The translations under genes were made by a program, and so were the position numbers. The notes under the pieces were generated by a model. That model saw only the letters and a program-made list of their open reading frames with translations, did not search any database and had not been told where the DNA came from. From positions 15,810,001 through 15,874,000 of the forward strand of contig OZ260667.1 in assembly GCA_965285935.1 (NCBI GenBank): a stretch of 64,000 nt of DNA, given 5' to 3'. Each line of letters opens with the position of its first letter. The stretch's first letter is position 1. The DNA is from Ophelia neglecta (taxonomy: Eukaryota). Below are positions 26,201 to 38,200 of this stretch, one piece after another.

Positions 26201-29200
26201 AAAAAACAAGAGTGTCAGGCAGGCATATTTTCCACATTGACTCCCTTATTTAATTTTATTTATTTTTAGGAGAATTTATTAATTTACTTGCTGTATTTAA
26301 TAACTTCACACTTTTGAAGCTTGCTTCAATAAATAGCTTTCTGAAGGTTATTTCCTTAATTGTATTCAAGCATTGTGACTTTCTTTTAATGTAAAAGAAA
26401 AAGAAAAAGTGAAGACTGCAAATTTTACGTAAAATACAATCTGGCAGCTTTATTAACCCAAAGGCAGATACATATAAAATATCACCATGAGAATACGATG
26501 TCACACACAGAGTTACGTACACCAGGCGACTGTCACACCAGTCACATTATGTCACACATGCACAAAACTGGCACACAAATTGTAAAATGTCACATTTTAA
26601 CACTTGCACTCGACCACAAAATTGAATACGAACCAGAGTCTTTGATCGGCAGAAATAGAAATTTGATCACTCTGTCTCCCATTATTAGATAATGGAAACA
26701 CCCTGTTGTTACCAAATGGAAGATCCCATCTGACCAACAACACCAGGTACAACATTTATCAATATTTGTTAATTTTTTTTTAATAGCCTCACCATACACT
26801 TTACATGTTTATTTTGACAAATCAATATAATACATTTGATGTATTGGATTATGTTTGATTTACGCTTAAAACGCTTAATATGTAAGATTAATACCTTAAT
26901 GTAAAGTATATGGTCATAAAGAAGAAATATTAAGGGCTGTTTGAAGCCTCAGCCAACATTCATTCCATGTTGATGAATCTAATACTTTTGATTCAAAATG
27001 TACAAGTTGCTGCTATTGCACAAAATGAATGTTCAGGTACACAGGATGTCTGTCACACAAGGTGTAAAACTTTTTAGTTTGAACGACATATTCTACATGT
27101 ATGTCAACAGTTAAAATGCACACAGTAAATTGGAAAATATGAAAAATCAGCTTTCAAAATTGAATCACATGTACCAGTGATGTCTGTATATATAAATCTG
27201 ACCATTTAGAAATTGCACATTCAAGACAGATTTGTTTCATTAACAAGTTTATGTATAATAATAATCCAACTCAAAGGTCAGATGAACAGTCTCAAATTGT
27301 AAAAGTTTTAAGCACAGTAAACTTATAGTAGTACAACTTATCATAAACTCAACAGAACACATATAACTCAATCAATTCATAAAACACAGTTCAGCATAAA
27401 GTTTTCATTATATGAATAGCAAATTCATACAACATAGAAACTTGTGACCTTTTTCATTAACAAAATAAATGCTTGGCAAGGCATGAGGTTTTTGGTTGGA
27501 TAACATCATTCCTTCAAATACATTAATCCAAATCAAAAGAAAGAATTTTTTTGCTAGCCTTTTAGTAATAAACATATAAGAAAATATCATAACTGAATAT
27601 TGCTTGTTCAAGGGCCGCTGCAATGGGAATGAACTGATCTTTTGAAAAAGCATGCGGAATGGCAGTACATCTGAAAGAAGCTTCTTTGAATAACCAGATG
27701 ACTAGGCTTAAATGAACTTGGTGGCTAATTTGAACACAAATGAAAACTCAAAAACTATCTGAACTCAATGTCAGCTGAAATTACGGGATTTAAGCACAAA
27801 ACTGATCTGCAACTCATTTTACTTTATACAGATTGCACATGTAACCTAAAAGCTCTATTTGGTATAAACTATATAAAATAGCTTATTGAACACAGTGATA
27901 ACAAAATATCATAATACGTTTATCAGATATAAAAAAGAGCTTATAAAGATGCAGATTGCACAGGTTGTTACCTAGAAACTTGTTTCGTTTTCTGACTTTC
28001 CAAAATAAAACTTATGATGAACACATGGATAACACAAAAAGGTATCTTGGTATTGTAAGAACACATCGCAATAAATTTCTCTGTTGTAACTCAATACACA
28101 TGTAATTTTTATGCAATATGTGTGAGTCTGTGTGAAACAAAATCAACAAAAATAGACCCGGCAAAATAAAAACCTAAATGCATCAATATGACGGACACTT
28201 CCTGCTCAAGCATTGAACCAAAACACCAGGCTGTGAACACAACTTTCAGGAGGCAAAAACATTTGAACAGGTTTGGAATAGTACTTTAAATCTGAGGAAT
28301 GCAGGCAAAAATATGACAATGTCAAACTGAACATTCTTTCCCACTAACATTATGAAAATGATATTTGAAGCACTATTTGATAAGATTTACAGCTGAACAC
28401 TAATCGCTACTTCCGTAATTCACACTGAGGCTTCTGTAATTAGAATAATACTGTTCAAATCGCAACAAGATCTTTGTCAAATTTTACAGGCTTTTCAAAA
28501 ACATATCTTTGGCAGATTTCTTTGATCATACTTCTAATGCTAGAAACAGAGAACGTCGAGACTTGACCACATTCACATGCTGGTCACACTTCTTCAGATC
28601 AAGAAACATTGTTAAAAACAGAAATAACCAATAATAATGATAATCTTTGAGAAGCCCTAACTGTAGCAGCTACAAGGATATATATATATATAATATGTAT
28701 AACAAAGGCAATAGTAAGAGTAAGCTATCTTAATGCGGGTAAACTTCTAAAACACTAACTACTAGTCACTACTTTATAGTAATTAATACATTTTAATTGT
28801 AACACTGAAAATTGCAAAAAGTTGCATGAAATTTTCACTTCACATGGTTAAAGATATAATATATATATATATATGTGGTATATAAGTACAAATCCAAGAC
28901 AGTCATAAAACAATTAGATCAAAACAGTAAAATGTTAGTCAATGCAGTCAATAGTTGTTTGATCAACCCATACTGTCACAGGTCTGGTCTAGAATGTAGT
29001 TTTTTTTTAGTAATGTTGAGCAGTTCTGAGAAAACATAAAACTCACAGATGAGATTTAGTAGCACGGCTACAGAAGACCCCCCAGTTAAATAGCATATAG
29101 ATTACCAACAGGCTACAACATGACCAATCTACTAGTAAGTAGATATCTAATACTTTGAAATTGACATGATCAGCATGATTCCAGCTAGTCTATATAGTTG

Positions 29201-32200
29201 TCTATACCCATAATGATGTCTTAGTCTAATTTTTCAACAGCAGTTTACGAGGCAATCACATAAGAATTACAAGAGGGCCACTTCGTGGCTTGTGCACCCA
29301 TGGAACAAATGGAGTTCACATGGTATCCAACAGCAAGTTTTGTGGCAACATACACCAATACGTACAAAAATAACTTTGAAAGATACAATTCCATCTCATT
29401 TCTGATATAATTAGTATAATTCTCATTGAGAACCTAACAAAATAGTACTTTCGTTTTGTCCACATATTTCTAACTAGCCTACAGATCTACTCATTAATAT
29501 CAGTTGGCTGCCTTTGAATGAAACTCCTGACCCCTTTAATCTGCAATGAACCTGCCAAATATTGAACACAGAAGACAAGTTCACCACACATGTTAGGGAG
29601 AACAGCTGTTTGAGTTAAGTTTACAGAATGAAATTGCTGTTCTACCCATTTACACCCTTTTTTTTAATGATAAGTCTAACTCTTGCCCAGTAAAGACAGA
29701 TTACATACGTCTTCTGCTGGAGGCAGAGAATTGTGAGCATGGGTGATCTCCTACCTTGAGCGGAGAGTACTGTTTCATGCTAGTGTGGTCCATGGTATAC
29801 CCATACAGTCTGACAACACGCACATACTGGTACAGGCACTTGAATGTCAAAACACCATCGTAAGTTGAAGCACAAATCTACAAGTCCTCCTACAAATCAG
29901 CAAGTACGCAGTACAGAATCCAATAAAAGATAACAACATTTGTGACCCATTGCAGCTGAGTAGCTTGGAGCACTCGTCAGTTTTCAAATGTTTTACTAGA
30001 GTCACGAGATAATACTTGGTTTTAGCAGCTTAATACTGCGCCTCACTTTCCTTTGATAATAATGCTTGTTATGTTAGTTTGATTGTCTACATCAATCACT
30101 CAGATCAAAACTCCCATTCCTCCCCCTCTTCCTGAGTGGAAATACTTTTCTCCAGCTTTTCAATATTTTCCTTTCTGTCCACCTCATCCTCCCAGTCCAT
30201 CTCTGACTGAACTACCGCCTGTGTGAGTTTCTCTATGGCCACCTTGCGTTTTTCTTCCATGGGGCTAGTCGTGCCATTGGCCATTGGCTCCTCGGGCGTG
30301 GGTGTAGGGCTCGTGTCATTGGGCGGCATCTGATGGCCGTCACTGCCCTTGTCTTCCTGTGTGTTGTCTTCCTGTGAGTTGTCTTCCTGCGTGTTTTCAG
30401 GGGTGTCAGCAGCCGTGTCCAGCTCAGCCCCCTCGTACACACGACATGGCTTGGCACGTTTCCGGCGGCTGGCCCTGCTCTGATCAGGCCGCTCGTCCCT
30501 CTCCTTGTCCTTCTCCCCTTCATTCTCAGCCGCCTCGTTTGAGCTCTCCTCCTTAACCCCCATCTCCTTGGGTGTTAGGTTTCTTGCCGGAGCCCCTAGT
30601 GAACGCCGACCACTACAATCTACTGGCTCAAACATGGGAAACATGCACTGACTCATGCTGTTTTCTAGCCCAGAATGTGAGTTTTTGCCAGCGTCGCTGG
30701 ACTCTGACATGCTGTGACAGTCACTGTGGTTAGACAGATCATCGGGCTCGTACTTGACTGGGAAGTGATTGGGAGTGGTCTGTTGGGAGTTAGGGGTGGA
30801 GGCGTTACTGAGTGGACCCCCTCCAGGCGAGCTCACGTGCTGCTGTTTGGCTCTCATACGGTGGTTGTGGAACCAGTTGACAACAGTCTTGATGCCGACT
30901 CCTAGATCAGCAGCAAGGCCCTCGATTTTACTCTGGTTGGGGTAAGGATCCTGGGCGTAGGCCACTCTCAACGAATCCTTCTGCTCCTCTGAGAAAAACA
31001 CTCTCGCCTTCTTCTGAGACATATGTCCATCAAGGGATGAACGCTCATCGGTGCTGCTTTTCCTCTTTCGAACTGCAAAGGTAAATCAAAATAATGTAAT
31101 GGTGCCATTTTAATTAATGTAAAACATATTTTACAATCTACTCACTCATAGAACTATTGTACATATCAAAGAAAGACACCAAATATGATCAGAGTGCAAT
31201 GTATAAAATTGTTGATATTATGGTTCATTATTTTTTCATAACATTATTAGTTAGTACTAAATTCTAATTCATCCCAGCATTAAATTGCTACTTTGGTATA
31301 TTTAAATAGGAAGCGTGAGTGAATTACAAGCAAATCCACAACTGATTCCATGCTACATGCAGTATATTAAATTGTTCTGTAAATGCACAACAACCAACTT
31401 TCAAACTCAAACAAGTAAACAGCACCACCACCACCTAGCCACCCTCCGCTTGTTTGGTGGTTCCTTAATTCTGTCAAGCAAAATATCAAGCAAATATGAA
31501 GGCAGCACAGACTCAGCACAAAACAGGAAGAGGAGTTTGCTCAGTGCAGCATAAAAACAACAAGCAGTAAAGAGAATGCATGGGATAGATGTCAGGGTAT
31601 TTTTCATCAAGCATTGAGAGTGGTACGTCAAAGCTCAGGCACAGACTTCAAACACATACATCATACGTAGAGGATGATGACTAGGATTGTGGTTACCTTT
31701 CATCTCATTTTGGTATATCCTCAATCTTTCAACATTGAGCGGGTCTGTGAGCCACATCTGCATTTTAATGAAGGGCTCTCTGCCTTTGAGGCTGAGCATG
31801 TGCCAGGGTTTCGGTTTGGAGAGGAGCTCGCTGACCGAGCCCTGAGAGAGGCCCAGTACTGCTTCCCCAAACAGTTTCTGTCCTAGGTTGTTGAACTGGA
31901 GCACCTCTTTGACTTTGGCTGTGATGGCCAGGGTATCTAGCTCCTGGGACATGGCGGCTATTTCAAACACAGAGTGCTGCAGGGGGGGCATGGGGAAGTC
32001 AACGTGATAGGGGAGGGCTGGCATGGCCTGGGGGGTGTAGACACCTGGAGTGGGGGTGGGGGAGGGTGGCACCGAGGTGACCCTGCAGGAGGTGGGTAGG
32101 GAGGGGCTAGGAATGCTAGAGCCATTGGGGTTGGAATACCCTCCCCCCTGGCCATGCATTAAGTGGTGGTGGTTGGTGGGGGTGGTGTCTGTGGGTGGTG

Positions 32201-35200
32201 ATCCTGGAAAATCAACCAATAAAAAAACTTAGAAAGACTAAATAGATTCTTAACTGAAACATGGATAATATTCTAGGTATGGTATCTAAAATATGCATAA
32301 TTCCCCCAAAGAAAACAAGAAATTATGTCTGGGTGTCAAAGATTTGAATTATTGATCAGTTTTTAACTAATTTGGTTAGAGTTTGGCAAGTTGTATGCAA
32401 AGATGGTTCAGTGTTAAGCACCGATCAACAGTGCATACAACTCGGTTTGTATTAGTCATATCATTGACTATATTTTACCTGGGAAACTCTTAGCAAAATC
32501 ATCAGACTTTGTGTTTTGGCTTTGTTTTGATTTCCTTGGGGGTACTGAATCAAAAAGAAAACACACCATTTAAATAATCTATCTTGTATCTTACTCTATG
32601 AGACTAGCATGGTCTAACATGTTGTGTTATCAATACCATAACACAGACTAAGGTCCTCTACACTAACAGGAATAAGTTGGTTGTGAATTAAAACAACATT
32701 TTTGTAAAACTAATGACTACAATTCCCTTTAAAAATATCAATTATATGTTGAGCTTCTATTATATGTGTTAAATCATAATGCTTCACACTTACTAGGCAT
32801 GCCCTCGAAGTTCTGACTTCGCAGGAACTTGTCAGGGGGGATACGGTACTGACTGGCCACCAGTTTAGGAATGGCCTCCGGGTCCTCTAAAAATATCTGC
32901 ATGCGTATGAAGGGCTCACGGCCTTTCTGGGTTAGCATGTGCCAGGGTTTAGGCCTGGCCAGCAGATCACTGACTGAACCCTGGGACAGGCCCAGAACAT
33001 TCTCCCCGAACAGCCGCTGGGAGATGGAGAACTGGCTGAGATTGTCCTTCACCTTCTTCACCAGATCGTCGGTGTTGATGTTTGAGTATTTGTCAAACTC
33101 CTCCTGGGTGATAGGAGGCAGTACAGCTCTCAGCGGACGCTGAGGATGAACCGGAGACTGGTTCTTGGTCATCAGTGAGTTGGCGATGCTCTGCATGCGC
33201 TGTAGAGGCGACATTCCTTCGGAGGGACCTACGTGATACTGATTGTATTCCGCTGGCTGAGAGTTAGAGCGAGGCCTTACCAAGAAGAAGGCGCTGCCGG
33301 CGTGTCTGAGGACATCAGGGGTGGCTGCAGCACTGGGGCTGAGGTCCTGGGGCAGGGCCTGAGAGGTGGGGGTGCTGTGTCCTGATGACGTATGCTCCCG
33401 GTGCCTCTCCCTCTCCCCTGGCTCAGTCTTCACCTTCAGGTTAAGTGCCTCCTCCTGGTTCTCTTTGTTAGCGTCTGTGTTGTGGTTGAGATTGTTGTTT
33501 TCCTTGTCTCTCATGACTTGCTGGCTGTTGCCGTCTTCATGCCCCTTGTATTTGCCCTGTGCCTGCTGGGCTAGGCGTGACAGTTCCTGTCTGTACATGG
33601 TGGACTCGGCCAGATTGCCACTCTGTTCTGCCGCCTGTGCTAGTTTGGCCAGCTCCTCTCGGTAGATGCGAGCAACAATCTCCTGAGAGAGGTTACTGCC
33701 GTCCGTCTGTACCTTACGTCCTCGGTTGTTCTCCTCACTGAGGCTGTCACCGCTGTGCGACTTCTCTCTCTTCCCACTGTGGGCTGGCTGGCTGTGGTTG
33801 GCCATCTTGGCAAGTTCCTGTTGATATATGCTGGCAACAATTGCATTGGCAGCCTGGCTCTGCAAGTAGAATAGGGTAAAAATGTCAACTGAAGAATATT
33901 AAGCATATTTGTTTGAGTGGTTCTTTGAATGTTGCTACAATAAAACAAGCTTAGTTTCAAGTCTTAACACACCTTTTCTTGAGTCTGTTTGGCCTGCATT
34001 GCTTGAGAAGCTTCGTTGAGTATTTGTGCAATGCGCTCCTCAGTTTGAGAATCTTCCTGCCTATATGTAGACATCATAGGCTGGTTGCCTAGAATTGACA
34101 TAATTAAAGTTTTATAGTTAATAAGCAAGAAGGTACCATTAGAGTGAAACATGTCTTAATCTAAAAAACTGAAGATTTCACAAATGACTATGTTATTTAG
34201 TCAACATAAGTTAATATGTAGATGATTCAATGTTTCTCACCCTTTTTAGGAGCGATTGCCTTGAGTGTTTGTATATTTTGTTCATCACAGGCCCAGGCAT
34301 ACATCTTGCGATAAGACTCTCGACCCTTCTCAGTCAGCTTGTCCCAGTGTTTGGGTTTGGAAAGCAGTTCGCTCACGGTGCCCTGCGACAGCCCGAGCAC
34401 ATGTTTGGCAAAGAGCCGCTGGCCTATGTTATGTGTACTAAGGATGTCTCTGATGCGCTGCGACACCATGGCCGTGTCCAGGGTCATGGAGTTGATACTC
34501 TCAGAGCGGGCTATGTTCTGTATACGTTGGAGGTGCTGGTGGGCATCAGGTGACTCAGGGGAGGAGGAGCGCCGTCCATTCTGATGGGCAGGAGGAGGAG
34601 TGCTGGGGGAACCTCCAGGGTGTGAGGAGGGAAGAATTGGCAGGGGAGGGGGTGGACCGAGGGGTATGCCATTAGGCACGCAGCCCTGAGCCATCTCCTT
34701 CTCGTACCTCTCCCTCTCACGCTCCAGGTGGGCCAGCTGCAGCTGGTTGTGAAGGTGATATGATGCTACTATCTCCTGGCCAATCATTGAAGCAAACGCA
34801 TCCGTGTTCGCGAGAGGATGACGAGGGGTGCTTTCGACTGAGCTGGGGGATGAGCCTGCAAGGAAGAAAGGTGTAGAAATGCACCAATCAAATCCTATTT
34901 TCTACAACTGACACTTTAAAGGATTGGTTCTTCTGAAGGTTCATAAAATTATCCAAACAAAATGTTTATTGATCACAACATCACAAAAGACGGGCAGGGT
35001 AGTCATTTTTAGAGTATGATTGAACTAATATCTATCACTGGCATTTGTACACCTTCCTTCCCCCACCCCTACACACTGGTATTCCGACTAACTGTTGTTA
35101 GTCGGAATAGACACAGATGGTAAAACATTCATATACAGTTGTGGCAAATGACTTGACTAGAGAAAGGCACTAAGAAATAAAATAGGAGGTGATGTGAACT

Positions 35201-38200
35201 CCAGAAAGCAAGTGATGAAAGCTATGCTACATGAAATTAAAGATACAACTATTAATTTCCAAACATAAATTAAGAGAAAGTCGCTTTGTTTGAAGAGAAA
35301 ACTGTGGTCAAAACATAATATGGGAAAGGTGTACCTCTACCATGACAAATACTTGACCCCCCAACCCCTCTTAGGATAATAAAGGATGACCTTAAATTAA
35401 AGGAAATCTGTACTAGCACACTCTACTACAAGTGAATTGTTTTCTATCTTAAATATTTGCCATGAATTCAAGATGTAAGTTTTAATCCCTCATAGGCTGA
35501 TAGCATCCCACTTGCAATACTAAATCTTCTTCCATGTATTGTTATGAAAATCCATTTATACCACATGTTATTTGAATTTGCATGATAGCATTAACATAAT
35601 TATTGACTATGTTCAATTTAACTAGGGTTAATTGAAAAAGAATAGTGACTGGAGTGTGTCAGGTGTGAGGTTGGATTAGTGGGTGTGGCTAGAAAGCTGT
35701 ACATACTGGTGAGGTCAGTATTGGCCATGTTGAGCTGGGTGTTCTCTGTTTGTAAGCTACGATTCTTCTCCAACAGCAGGGTCTCCAAAGTCTTCGGCTT
35801 GACATCCTCACCCCTCTGGGAATCGGATCCCTCGGGAGAGTTTGTAAACTCAATGGACTTTAAAACCCTGAAATTGACACAGTACACTTGTACCACAGGT
35901 AGGGTAGTTGAATAACATAGCAGGGCCACTAGGTGCAGTATATATACCCTATTAAAGATCACATGTATTATATTGATTCATCCATTTGCATTCTTTATAT
36001 TCTTAAAATGCCAGTTCAATGCCAGTGAAAAATTTTAATAACTGAAATACAGCAATTGCTTAAGCTAATTATAAATGCTTGTCGGTTCTTTGCACTGAAA
36101 ATTTTTCAGATATCCACAACGGTATTCATATCTTTTAATTAATTAATGAAATATTAATTTAATAACAATTCATTAAAAAAAATATCAATATTTAGACATT
36201 ATCACCGTACCTTAGTTCTCTCTTGACTTCCTCGTAGTCCTCCTGGGATTTTAACTTATCCTCAAGAATGCGGAATGCTCTGTTTTTGGTGGACAGCTCT
36301 TCCTCTAATTTGGCCACTGTTGTTGAGCTAGAGTCTCTAAGTTTGTTCACCGTCCCCTGTAGACGTTGAACATCTTCTACAAGTTGAGCAATCTGAAGGA
36401 AAGGAAATCAAATTCAGTTAAACATTACCCAATATTCAAACATGTTAAGAGTTCTTGACAGATGCTGGATAGAAAAGTAAAGTGCAATCTCACAAACACC
36501 AGATAGTATCCAAACTAACTGTGGGCAGCAGACGATGAAACATCGCACTTGGTTAAGCTTAGCCTCAAAGATTTTAATCAATAATGCCTTGCACACTTAT
36601 TTCCCTAAAGTACAAATAGCACACTTGGAATGGTGAAAGAATTGCCTTATCAACAATGTTGGGGTGAGAGAGAGTATTCAAAAGCCCTAGTGATCAAGTC
36701 TACGATAACTGTATCGTTTCTAGAACTGAAAGGTTGTTTACTTCCAAATCAATACAGGTGTGCATTTTATATTTACAAATATTGGGAAGAAACCAATTAC
36801 AATCTAAGTGGAGAAGTGTACCTACCTCTTTTTCCTTGGCAGCAAGTTCCACCTCGAGACTGGAGCGTTTGAGGATGTCAATGGCCTGTTCCATGTCGGG
36901 CGCCTTGGACATCTGCTCGGCCTGTGCCAGGTTCTGAGTGGCAGAGGCTAGCTGCTGCTTCCACTTCTCAGCCTCTCGCTCAGCAGCTGCTGCTCTCTGG
37001 AGGACAGTCAAGAGTAACATAGTTATAGGCAACTGGTGACACCTACTGGAGTATTATTGCTACAATATGTGTTTGTGTGAAGTGGATGTGACTGCCCATA
37101 ATGAGAGAGGGAGAAAGCTGGCTGCTCTGCTCCAGAAGCTCCAGGATTGTTTATGTGGCGACAAATACAGCAAAGTGTTGTCACTTAGATATATAGTCAA
37201 AAACCACGCTGGCTAAAGGCAACATTAAGTTCATGATCACTTATCCTTCTAAATGCACATCAGCCTCCTTTGTCTTCAGACCATGACTCTAATTAGATCA
37301 TATCTTGATGAGTAATGGACACTGTATGCCTAAAATCTATAAAGAATTCCTTCGTTAAAGAAACTTGCCTAGCATACAATTTATGTAAGCAGTTGTAGAA
37401 GAGCCATAAGTGGGTAGACAATTATGGTCAGTGGCTTGGGCCCATTAACATGAAAACATTACAGGTAGTTTTGAGCTGGCTAGGCACGGAGCACTTGTGA
37501 CCATATCTATTACTAGGCTGGTGGTATTCTCAAACCGTCACACCGAAACACACCCCGAACCTCAACAAATCAAACTACATCAAGGGGAGAAAACCAACAA
37601 GTGAGGCAGTAGCTGACAGAGTCTTCAAATCTAACTCACATTGACAACTTGTCAACACAAATTAGCATCTCTTCCTGTCTTTGAGAAACAATCGAGAATA
37701 TCTGGTGGCAAACTTCTCTAAATAAGATCCAAATCTATTTAGCGATGACAATATTTATGAAAGTCATGCTGCTGAAATTAATTTCCAGGGCGACGCAACG
37801 ACGATATGACATTGAAAATCAATACTAAAGAATAAAATGGAAACAAATGAATATCTTCGAAAATCTATCAAGCAAATCTGATCAAATTAACACCTGATAT
37901 TAGACTTAGGAGGATCATCAACTAGATTTCACTTACAATCTGGGGAATAGCTCTCCTTTTGATTAGGATTATGGGACTGTGTAATATGCACACAGTCTGA
38001 TCAGTCATGACAGTAAGCTGCACATTAAGAGGATGAATGTACAGTGGAGAGAACCTGCCACAACCACTTCCTCTACACATTTGATAGCACAAAAAACCAA
38101 TTAAGCTTTTTTAATTTGTTTATGCAGCGAAAAAACCGTTTTGAGTAGCCTTTTTAATTTAATATAATATTTTCCTAATCTTCCCTTCATTAAATAACTT

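Noticed and set aside
30233-34720. Many overlapping alternate-frame and antisense ORFs
   Set aside because: They are shadows of the GC-rich CUX coding exons.
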